DNA from: Nitrospinae bacterium RIFCSPHIGHO2_02_FULL_39_82
GTDB lineage: Bacteria; Nitrospinota; Nitrospinia; UBA9942
Length of the DNA: 54,146 bases
Assembly: GCA_001804915.1 (NCBI GenBank)
Contig: MHDI01000083.1
Span: forward strand, 1 to 54,146
Reading direction: 5' to 3'
Shown here: positions 18,981-27,566 of the stretch, one piece after another
Position numbering within the stretch: the stretch's first letter is position 1
How the letters are laid out: each line of letters opens with the position of its first letter
The notes under the pieces: generated by a model
Databases searched by the model: none
Told to the model about the DNA's origin: nothing
The model's input: the letters and a program-made list of their open reading frames with translations, nothing else
Made by a program: the position numbers and the translations under genes

Positions 18981-20542
18981 GCTGTTCTGACCCTAAGTTC
19001 CACTAAGCCTAAAAGGGCTCCAACTGTTAAATCCTCAGGCTGAAAAATGATTTCATCCGCCTTCTTTGAACCCAGCATATCTCTTACGATATTATAATAC
19101 TTCTCTGCCTGTGTCCTGAGTCGTTTTAACATATAAATATTGCCCAAAACAAAGTAGCCAATAATGAAGTTCTGGTCTATGTAGATAGCCTTTTTTATAT
19201 CACTCTCTGCCTCATTAAGCTCCCCCTTTGCTAAATGTATTAATGAAAGGGTATAATATGGTTCTTTATAAAGGGGATTAATCTTAATAGAACGTTCTGC
19301 CCAGGCAAGTGCCTCCTCAAAATATCCCCTGTTAGCTGCAATATAAGAAAGCATCCATGATGCCCTTATATTAGAGGAATTAATATCAAGAATCCTCAAA
19401 AAATACTCTATAGCCTGTTCATATTTTTTTTCATTATAATATCTTATTGCCTCGCTGAACAATTCCGTCTCTTCACTATTGATTTTGCGATGTTCATTAA
19501 AAGATAGATTTTTTTGCCCTGATAAACCATTTTTTTCTTTCACCAATTTTATAAAATCATCTTTTTTGACAGAACTTTTTCCTTTACCACCCCCTAAAGA
19601 TAAAGGTTTAGAGACGAGGGATATGCGATTATCAGGTACTTCCTTCCCATTTTTCTGATAAACTATTGCCTGGGGGAAAACCCTTGGCTTGAATAAGGCA
19701 TAATTTTCAGAGGAGTGCTCGGCATGTCCAACAATCAGATACCCGCCAGGTTCCAGCACATTATGAAACTTATTGGCAAGCCTTATGGTTGTTTCTTTTT
19801 CAAAATATATTGTTACATTCCTGCACATAATAAGGTCAAATTTTCTGTTCTCTTTTCCAGAATCTGGTGGATAATCCGAGATAAGGTTATTTCCAACAAA
19901 TTTAACAAAGGGCTTATATTCCTCTTTGATTTTATATTTATCTCCCTTTTTGATGAAACAGTTATTAATAATATCTGTATCTACTCCCCTGAATGACCAT
20001 TTTTTATATTCCCCCTTCATTGCCCTTTGAAGGACATTCTCATCTATATCAGAGGCAATGATAAATACCTTCCATGTTTCAATTTGAGGGATAAGTTTTT
20101 TAAGCAGAATGGCAATTGAATAAGGTTCTTCACCTGTTGAACAGCCAGCACTCCAGATGGATAGTGTTCTTGAGGTGGTAGCTTCTCTTGAAATTAATTC
20201 TGGTAAAATACATTTTTTCAGTAAATCAAAGTGCGGTTTCTCTCTAAAAAAGAATGTCTCCCTCGTTATCAACAAAGAAGTCAGCTTCCTCAAATGCCCC
20301 TCTCCCCTCTTTGAACGAAGGTAAAGCATATAGGCACCAAAATCAATATTTTTAGAATCTAAAAAATTGGAAATTATGAGTTTTTCTATTGAAAAAAACT
20401 TTGATTCTGGAAAAAAGAGGCCTGTCCTCTCTTGAATAAAATCACGAAGTGAAAGGAGATTATCTTTAGTGATAATTTTATTTAACATTCTATGTTTAGT
20501 TAATTCACACTGAAAAGTGACATTTTTTTCACCGTACACCAA
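18977..20542 (-). CDS. cheR: CheR-type MCP methyltransferase with C-terminal TPR domain (WspC-like)
   Basis: CheR N-terminal and SAM-binding methyltransferase domains (IWSAGCSTGEEPYSIAIL ... DLIMCRNVTIYF). C-terminal about 170 aa of TPR repeats. 4-bp overlap with cheW. Confidence 0.85.
   Translation of the reverse strand: MVYGEKNVTFQCELTKHRMLNKIITKDNLLSLRDFIQERTGLFFPESKFFSIEKLIISNFLDSKNIDFGAYMLYLRSKRGEGHLRKLTSLLITRETFFFREKPHFDLLKKCILPELISREATTSRTLSIWSAGCSTGEEPYSIAILLKKLIPQIETWKVFIIASDIDENVLQRAMKGEYKKWSFRGVDTDIINNCFIKKGDKYKIKEEYKPFVKFVGNNLISDYPPDSGKENRKFDLIMCRNVTIYFEKETTIRLANKFHNVLEPGGYLIVGHAEHSSENYALFKPRVFPQAIVYQKNGKEVPDNRISLVSKPLSLGGGKGKSSVKKDDFIKLVKEKNGLSGQKNLSFNEHRKINSEETELFSEAIRYYNEKKYEQAIEYFLRILDINSSNIRASWMLSYIAANRGYFEEALAWAERSIKINPLYKEPYYTLSLIHLAKGELNEAESDIKKAIYIDQNFIIGYFVLGNIYMLKRLRTQAEKYYNIVRDMLGSKKADEIIFQPEDLTVGALLGLVELRVRTA
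20497..20532 (+). repeat. REP/MITE-terminus-like repeat (tagttaattcacactgaaaagtgacattttt)
   Basis: Near-identical to 21278-21312 in direct orientation. In inverted orientation it matches the end of the 41893-42075 element (cattttccagtgtgaattaa). Confidence 0.6.
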
Positions 20543-20702
20543 ATAATCAGAATCGGGGCAAAAAATAGCCTATTTTTGCATTTCCATATAATTTACCCCA
20601 TAAAGACAGGTAAGTCAAAATATTTTTAGAATGGGAGACTTATACAACTATTTGACTTTGCTGAAATTTTATGATATTTTCCTTTAAAAACTGGGAGGGG
20701 AT

Positions 20703-21281
20703 ATGAGTACCTTTAAGGACCAACTGTTTCAGGAGTATGCCACAAAGGGTCTTGACAGACTCCGTTCAGAACTTCGCAATAAATATAAACCTAAAAAGGA
20801 GAATCGTTTTGATTACAAAAACATTACCTATGAAATCGGGGCAATAAAGACATGCAGGGAAGGCTTAGAGTTTGAGATAAGTTCCAAGATACCTCTCGAA
20901 CTGCTTTCACCTAATACATCCAAGAAAAAATACTTCAATTATGTAAAAGATATCATGCTTAAAAAGGATAAAACTCCTTTAACGGTTAATATGGAAAACA
21001 TTGTTACAACCTTAAGCGAGAACGAAAAAAAAGAGAGGGACTATGTAAAACTGACATATGTATATTCTGAGGATGAACTCTACAATAGCGATGAAATTAC
21101 AAAAAATGTAGAGAGGTTGAAGAAAAACCCTGCAGGTATTCCGGCTATCTCTGGCGTAACAACTATATTTGGAAAACTTGTTCTCGTATCCATTGAAGAA
21201 ACAATTTATAAAAATGCAAAAGAGAATATAAACTCTTTCATAGATGCAAATGAGGAGGCAAGGAAAAAATACTGTAGTTAA
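20703..21281 (+). CDS. hypothetical protein (192 aa), flanked by direct repeats
   Basis: No recognisable domain. Bracketed by two copies of the about 35-bp repeat at 20497 and 21278. Confidence 0.45.
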   Translation: MSTFKDQLFQEYATKGLDRLRSELRNKYKPKKENRFDYKNITYEIGAIKTCREGLEFEISSKIPLELLSPNTSKKKYFNYVKDIMLKKDKTPLTVNMENIVTTLSENEKKERDYVKLTYVYSEDELYNSDEITKNVERLKKNPAGIPAISGVTTIFGKLVLVSIEETIYKNAKENINSFIDANEEARKKYCS

Positions 21282-21330
21282 TTCACACTGAAAAATGACA
21301 TTTTTCAGTATCAACTAGTTAATTTTTGTG
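21278..21330 (+). repeat. REP/MITE-terminus-like repeat, second copy
   Basis: tagttaattcacactgaaaaatgacatttttcag, followed by a partial re-iteration (aactagttaattttt). Confidence 0.6.
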
Positions 21331-21446
21331 CTTTGATTCTGCTTCTTACTCTTCTCCCTTTCTACTCATATTTCCTATGGAAGGAAGAAATGTTTTTATA
21401 GCTAAACAAATATTGTTCTGAAAAGACAGAGATTTTAAATTTTAAT

Positions 21447-22526
21447 TTGGATTTTTTTATGGGCAAGATAAACTACTTAAGAAAAAGAATAGACAGGATT
21501 GATAAAGATATCCTGAAGCTATTAAACATCAGGGCTGAGATTGCCATGTTAATTGGAGAGGAAAAATCAAGGGTAAAAAGTAATTTTCATGTTCCTGATA
21601 GAGAGAGGGAGATAATAGAACATCTCACCAGAATAAACAGGGGACCGTTTCCGAATGATTCTTTAAAATCTGTATACAGAGAGATATTATCTGCAACCCT
21701 TTCGCTGGAACGTCCTTTGACTATTTCATACCTTGGACCGGAGGCTACCTTTACACATTTAGCAGCTATAAACCAATTTGGCTCATCTGCAGTATATGTC
21801 CCTATGGACAGATTGGATATGGTCTTCTCGGAGGTGGAAGCAGGCAGAACCGATTATGGTATCGTCCCGATTGAAAATTCAATGGAGGGGGTTGTAACAT
21901 ATACTCTCGACCTCTTCATGGATTCCAATGTGAATATATGCGGAGAGATACTCCTTGAAATAAACCATTATTTGATGTCAAATTGTAAAAATATAAGGGA
22001 TATAAAAAAAATATATTCCCATCCTCAACCCCTTGCCCAATGCAGATTATGGCTTGAAAAAAATCTTCCCGGTATTCCTTATTACGACGCACCAAGCACC
22101 TCAAAGGCAGCAAAAATGGCTGCCGGCGAAAAAAGGGCTGCCGCAATAGCCAGCGAGGCAGCAGCAGGACTTTATGGACTTAATATACTGGCAAAAAAAA
22201 TAGAAGATAGCAGGGGCAATTATACCCGCTTCCTGATTATTGGTAAGACAAAAAGGAAGAAGAGCGGAAACGACAAGACATCAATACTTGTATCAATAAA
22301 AGACAGAGTTGGGGCACTTAGCCATCTCCTTGACCCATTTGCAAAAAACAAAATAAATCTGACAAAGATAGAATCAAGACCCCTTAGGAAAAGGGCGTGG
22401 GAGTATGTTTTCTATATAGACTTTGAGGGGCATATAGAGGATAAAGGGGTTATGAGGACAATAGAAAAACTTAAAAAGGAAGTTTTGTTTTTAAAGACAC
22501 TCGGCTCTTATCCTAAATGGAGTTAA
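21447..22526 (+). CDS. pheA: bifunctional chorismate mutase / prephenate dehydratase (P-protein)
   Basis: N-terminal CM_2 domain (RKRIDRIDKDILKLLNIRAEIA), PDT domain (ISYLGPEATFTHLAA ... ENSMEGVV), and a C-terminal ACT domain. Confidence 0.85.
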   Translation: MDFFMGKINYLRKRIDRIDKDILKLLNIRAEIAMLIGEEKSRVKSNFHVPDREREIIEHLTRINRGPFPNDSLKSVYREILSATLSLERPLTISYLGPEATFTHLAAINQFGSSAVYVPMDRLDMVFSEVEAGRTDYGIVPIENSMEGVVTYTLDLFMDSNVNICGEILLEINHYLMSNCKNIRDIKKIYSHPQPLAQCRLWLEKNLPGIPYYDAPSTSKAAKMAAGEKRAAAIASEAAAGLYGLNILAKKIEDSRGNYTRFLIIGKTKRKKSGNDKTSILVSIKDRVGALSHLLDPFAKNKINLTKIESRPLRKRAWEYVFYIDFEGHIEDKGVMRTIEKLKKEVLFLKTLGSYPKWS

Positions 22527-23599
22527 AAATACCGGAACATATAAAAAACCTTATCCCCTATGAACCGGGTAAACCCTTAGAGGAACTTGAGAGGGAATTG
22601 GGGATAAAAAACTCCATCAAGCTGGCATCCAATGAAAATCCTATCGGACCTTCACCAGAAGCACTCAGGGCAATAGAAAAGATATTGCCCAATATCCACC
22701 GTTATCCTGACGGCAGTGGATTTTACCTTAAAAAGACAATTGCTGAATACTTTAATCTGCGACCGCAGAATATAATCCTCGGCAACGGCTCAAATGAGAT
22801 TATAGAGCTGTCGGTCAGGACATTTCTGAATCCCGGAGATGAAATTGTGATGGCTGACCAGTCGTTCATTGTCTATCAAATTGTCACCCAATCTGCCAAT
22901 TGCAAGGGGATAATCGTTCCATTGAGAGATTTCACCCACGACCTTGATAGAATGGCTGACGCAGTTACTGAAAAGACCCGAATGGTATTTATATCCAATC
23001 CCAATAATCCTACAGGAACAGCAGTGGGTACAAAAGATGTAGAGAGGTTTATGGGAAGGTTAAGGGATGACATAGTTGTTATATTTGATGAGGCATATTA
23101 TGAATATGTGGAGAGAAAAGATTTTCCTGATACTTTAAAATATGTAAGGGAAGGTAAAAATGTAATAGTATTACGGACATTCTCAAAGATATATGGAATG
23201 GCGGGTCTCCGCATTGGTTACGGATTTGCAAGGGATAAATTAGTTGGCTATATGAACAGAGTTCGGCAGCCCTTCAATGTAAATTCTCTGGCACAGATTG
23301 GTGCTGTGGCGGCACTGAAAGATAAAAGTCATTTAGAGGGGAGCAGGGAGGTTAATAGAAAAGGAAAGGAATATTTATATGGAGAGTTTAAAAAGCTTGG
23401 GTTAAATTATGTCTCAACAGAGGCAAATTTTATTTTAGTTAAAGCTGGGAATGGACGGAAAATTTATAACAGACTTTTAAAAAAAGGGGTAATAATCAGA
23501 TCTTTGGATGGATATAAATTTCCTGATTATATAAGGGTTACAATAGGATTGCCTGATGAGAATAAGAGGTTCATAGAGGCACTAAAAGAGAAAATATGA
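22517..23599 (+). CDS. hisC: histidinol-phosphate / aromatic aminotransferase (class II)
   Basis: Class II aminotransferase fold with PLP-Lys context FSKIYGMAGLRIGY. Overlaps the pheA stop by 10 nt. Confidence 0.85.
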   Translation: MELKIPEHIKNLIPYEPGKPLEELERELGIKNSIKLASNENPIGPSPEALRAIEKILPNIHRYPDGSGFYLKKTIAEYFNLRPQNIILGNGSNEIIELSVRTFLNPGDEIVMADQSFIVYQIVTQSANCKGIIVPLRDFTHDLDRMADAVTEKTRMVFISNPNNPTGTAVGTKDVERFMGRLRDDIVVIFDEAYYEYVERKDFPDTLKYVREGKNVIVLRTFSKIYGMAGLRIGYGFARDKLVGYMNRVRQPFNVNSLAQIGAVAALKDKSHLEGSREVNRKGKEYLYGEFKKLGLNYVSTEANFILVKAGNGRKIYNRLLKKGVIIRSLDGYKFPDYIRVTIGLPDENKRFIEALKEKI

Positions 23600-23998
23600 C
23601 TATCCATTCTAATTCAGACATCATTTCTAAATTCAGCTCAATCTCAAAGATAGCAGGCATCATCACCTCTCTCACTGGGTGCGAATCCTTGATAGTATCG
23701 CAATGATAAAGAAAGGGAGGAAATATAATGTGGTCTAAAGAGCATACAAAAAGAGTGTCGGAAAGTATGGGGAACTCAGCGAACAAAGAGGCGAGAAAAT
23801 GTCATTGCGGGACGAAGCCGAAGCAATCTCTAAAAGCGAGATTCCTCGCTTATCTCGGAATAACAAGCGAGGAACAATATGGAGGACATTATGGCTATTA
23901 ATTCTTTCATAATTAAAACGGCTGAACTTCTTGATAAAGAAAATATAACCATTAGTCCATTGAGCGGACTGGACGCTTTAGGCATTTAACTTAATGAA

Positions 23999-24310
23999 AT
24001 GAAAAACAGAACTGACATGGGGACGATATGGATAGAAGGGCTTGATGAAAAGGATAAGGGGCAGGTTGTCATCAGGGTGCATTCTGAAATGGTGAAACTG
24101 CATCGCCTGCCGGAAGTTGCCAAAATACTCGTTGAGAAAACCATACCTGTATTGGAAGATAATTTGGAAGGTGATTATCCTTATAATATAAACCTGAATA
24201 CCATGATATTTGAACCTGATATAAACGAACCCGAGGATGCCCCTACAAAGACGAGAAAAAAGATGCTTTGGTCAAATATAGGCTGGAGCAGGCAAAAGAG
24301 GAAGGGATAG
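23999..24310 (+). CDS. hypothetical protein (103 aa)
   Basis: ORF only. Acidic middle region and basic C-terminus. Located between a long structured non-coding region and the AddA-like gene. Confidence 0.3.
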   Translation: MKNRTDMGTIWIEGLDEKDKGQVVIRVHSEMVKLHRLPEVAKILVEKTIPVLEDNLEGDYPYNINLNTMIFEPDINEPEDAPTKTRKKMLWSNIGWSRQKRKG

Positions 24311-24407
24311 TTTATATCTGATTCTTTCCCCGCCTGAATTAAAAAAAGAGGCGAGGGGGGAGATAAGGAAGTTGGGGAGGGTGTATGAAAAAGGAAAGCA
24401 ATAATAA

Positions 24408-27400
24408 ATGGTGAAGAAATTGAAATTTCCACAGGCAATTATCATTGATGCTTCTGCTGGTTCCGGGAAGACCCATGCTCTGACTCAGAGATTTATCCGG
24501 CTTATCCTTTCCCGCCATATCCCCTACAATGACCTGACAAACATTCTGGCAATTACCTTCACCAATAATGCCGCCAGGGAAATGAAACAGAGGATTCTGG
24601 GAACTTTGAAGAAACTTGCCCTGAATGAAGAGTGTGTGGAAAAAAAACAGATATGTGAGCTGGTTAATTTAAAACCAGAGGAAATAGTAAGGGGTGCAGG
24701 GCAGGCAGTTGAAGCAATCATTGAGCGGTATTCAGATTTTCATGTCCAGACCATTGATAGCTTTATGAGAAGGATTTTATCTGCATCAACCCTTGAACTT
24801 GATTTACCTATGGATAATGAAATCACGGAATCTTACCGTCCCCTGATAAATTCTGCTATTCCCTTACTGATAGACTCAGTGGGAGAGGGAGCAACCCCCT
24901 ATCCCCATCTGTTAAGAGGGATTTCTCTGAAAGAGGTCAAAGAATTTCTGGATTTCTTAACTCAAGAAGCAGAGACCTTTCCCTGGAATCCTGAAGATAC
25001 CATACGGAGAGAATTTGAAAGTTTCTTAAGAGAAGAAGGGAAGATTCTTGAGGAGATTGCTTTTGAAGATAAATGGTCGTTAACAATGAAAAAGTTTGAA
25101 GATGTTTGTCAGATTTATAAAAAAGTGGTGGAGAATGGATTGGAAGACAAGATTAAAGATAAGACTAAGGAAGCAATTAAGAATAAAGATATAAAAGAAC
25201 TCATCATAAACTTCAATAAAGAAAATCTCTGGTTTGATGGAAGGAAAAAATCCGGCTTGAATGAGACTTACCCTGACATGGAAAAGTCTCTCTTACCGAT
25301 TGTTGAAGAAATGACTGAGTTATTTTCTTTATCAAAATATTCTCATTACAGTCCGCTCTATCAAGAATTTAAAAAATGTCTTGATAAGGTTAAAAGAAGG
25401 GCGGGAATACTCCACTTTGATGACATAAATAAAAAACTGTCTCAATATTTGCAGGAAAATGGGATTGTCCCGGAGGTTTTCTTTAGACTTGGTGACCGTC
25501 TCTATCATTTTCTCCTTGATGAATTTCAGGACACTGATAGGGTGCAGTGGGAAAATATAAGACCTCTTCTGGAGGAGGCATATTCAAAGGGCGGCTCTCT
25601 TTATGCGGTAGGTGATATGAAGCAGGCAGTTTATATGTTTAGAAAAGCAGATTACAGGATAATGAGGGAAATAGTAGATGGGATAAAATCAAAAAGTAAA
25701 GAGGTTCTATCACCCAGCGTTGCTGAAAATGCAGAGGTGATTCCATTAATGGAGAACTACCGCAGCGGCGGGGTAATTTTAGATTATGTTGATGATATTT
25801 TTAAAAATAAGCTAAAAAATAAAATTGGTGATGAGGATATTCTAAAGGAGGACCGAACCGGTTTAACAAATTATAGTCAGGCAGTTCTGAAAGAAAAAAA
25901 GGGGGCTGGTTATGTAAAGGCAATTGAGGTGGCGGTGGATGAAGATGAAGCCCGGGAAAAGGGAGTCCTCAGAGGAATTCTGGATGATGTTCTATCGAGA
26001 TATCCGAATAGTAAAGTGGCGATTCTGTGCAGGAGAAACAGGGAAGTGGAGGAGATTGTCGGCTGGCTTACTGAATGGCAGATACCTGCAGCCTCTTTCA
26101 GTTCCCTTGATATCCGAAAAAGAAAAATCATCAGGGAAATAATCAGTCTCCTCCAGTTTCTTGATTCACCGATTGATAATCTTAAGTTTGCTGAGTTTAT
26201 TACCGGTGAGATATTTATGGCAGCGGTTAAGTCTTCAGGCTTGTCCCCGAATGTTTTTATCGGGGGAAGGAGGCTTGAGCTAAGTGATATTTTTGAATTG
26301 CTTTTCCAGAGGGTAGAAGAAGGCAGAAGGGATTACCTTTATATCTGGTTTAAAGAACATCACCCTGACCTGTGGCAATCTTTATTTGAAGACCTCTTTA
26401 ACAAGGTTGGTTATCTCCCCCTTTATGAGCTTGTTTCCCTTATTTATAGAACCTTTAAAGTTTTTGAAAAATTTTCTGGCGAAAGTGCTTTTCTCGTCCG
26501 ATTTCTGGAGTCTATTGGTAGTGTGGAAGGAAGAGGGATGAATAACATCAAGGATTTTCTGGAAATAGTTTCCGAAGATGATGGCGAGTCAATTCTTGAG
26601 GTTTTCCTGCCTGATTATATTAATGCGGTTAAGGTGATGACCTTTCATAAAGCAAAAGGACTGGGATTTCCTGTGGTGATTAATATGATTTACGATGGTG
26701 GGCAGGGACGGAAGGATTCCAGATATTTTGAAAAGGATAGGGAAAAGATAAGGATTCATTACATAGTCAAAGATTTTTGTGATAAATCTTCAAAACTTGC
26801 CGGGCTTTATAGCGAAAAAGAGCTGGATGAAAGGATTCAAGACCTTAATCTGCTATATGTGGCTAATACCCGTGCAAAGAAAGAATTATACAATGTAATT
26901 ATTCATAAAAAGAGGCCCACCAGATACTTAAAAGAATTATTTGATAATTTTGAAAATGGCAAAAAAGAGAAGGAAGAAAGAGGAGAGTCTATCCCAGATA
27001 AAGACATTCTGGGACAGGAAGAGCCGAGAGGTATCATAATCCCGGATAGAGAATCATTTCAGTTCAGAGAAGAAGGGGAGGCATGGTCTATTGAGCGGAT
27101 TGAAGAGACACGAAGAGGCGAATTTTTCCATGAGATTTTATCCCGGATTACCTTTGAAGATGAAAAAGATATTGAAGAGATTATTAAGAATATCTCAACC
27201 ACCAAAAAGGAAAAATATGATGAGGAGAAGGTAGGGAAGATAATAATTGAATTCCTAAGCCTTGAGGATGTCAGAAAATGGTTTAAAAAACAGCCCAACC
27301 GTCAGATTCTCAGAGAAGTAGAATATGTTGATGAAGATGGTTCGCTGTATCGCATGGACAGGCTGGTGATTGACCCTGAGAGAATAACTGTAATTGATTT

Positions 27401-27566
27401 TAAAACCGGTGAGGAATTACCGTTCCCGGATAAAGAGCTTCCGGGACAGGCTTATCGGAAGCAGATTAAAAAATATATGAAGTTATTGGAAAAACTTTAT
27501 CCGCAAAAAGAGTGCAAGGGGTATCTGGCATTTATTGAGACGAAGTACTCAGAGGAAGTGCAGTGA
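24408..27566 (+). CDS. AddA/RecB-like SF1 helicase-nuclease (UvrD-like helicase + C-terminal PD-(D/E)xK nuclease)
   Basis: Walker A GSGKTHAL, motif Ia ILAITFTNNAAREM, motif III LLDEFQDTD, motif IV GDMKQAVYMFRKAD. C-terminal RecB-type nuclease motif MDRLVIDPERITVIDFKTGEE. 1052 aa, shorter than typical AddA. Confidence 0.8.
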   Translation: MVKKLKFPQAIIIDASAGSGKTHALTQRFIRLILSRHIPYNDLTNILAITFTNNAAREMKQRILGTLKKLALNEECVEKKQICELVNLKPEEIVRGAGQAVEAIIERYSDFHVQTIDSFMRRILSASTLELDLPMDNEITESYRPLINSAIPLLIDSVGEGATPYPHLLRGISLKEVKEFLDFLTQEAETFPWNPEDTIRREFESFLREEGKILEEIAFEDKWSLTMKKFEDVCQIYKKVVENGLEDKIKDKTKEAIKNKDIKELIINFNKENLWFDGRKKSGLNETYPDMEKSLLPIVEEMTELFSLSKYSHYSPLYQEFKKCLDKVKRRAGILHFDDINKKLSQYLQENGIVPEVFFRLGDRLYHFLLDEFQDTDRVQWENIRPLLEEAYSKGGSLYAVGDMKQAVYMFRKADYRIMREIVDGIKSKSKEVLSPSVAENAEVIPLMENYRSGGVILDYVDDIFKNKLKNKIGDEDILKEDRTGLTNYSQAVLKEKKGAGYVKAIEVAVDEDEAREKGVLRGILDDVLSRYPNSKVAILCRRNREVEEIVGWLTEWQIPAASFSSLDIRKRKIIREIISLLQFLDSPIDNLKFAEFITGEIFMAAVKSSGLSPNVFIGGRRLELSDIFELLFQRVEEGRRDYLYIWFKEHHPDLWQSLFEDLFNKVGYLPLYELVSLIYRTFKVFEKFSGESAFLVRFLESIGSVEGRGMNNIKDFLEIVSEDDGESILEVFLPDYINAVKVMTFHKAKGLGFPVVINMIYDGGQGRKDSRYFEKDREKIRIHYIVKDFCDKSSKLAGLYSEKELDERIQDLNLLYVANTRAKKELYNVIIHKKRPTRYLKELFDNFENGKKEKEERGESIPDKDILGQEEPRGIIIPDRESFQFREEGEAWSIERIEETRRGEFFHEILSRITFEDEKDIEEIIKNISTTKKEKYDEEKVGKIIIEFLSLEDVRKWFKKQPNRQILREVEYVDEDGSLYRMDRLVIDPERITVIDFKTGEELPFPDKELPGQAYRKQIKKYMKLLEKLYPQKECKGYLAFIETKYSEEVQ

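Noticed and set aside
23760-23935. 58-aa (MWSKEHTKRV ...) and about 36-aa (MEDIMAINSFIIKT ...) micro-ORFs in the hisC-addA spacer
   Set aside because: They are below the size where coding can be judged by eye, with no motifs. The region is better described as a structured non-coding leader. This cannot be excluded without ribosome profiling.
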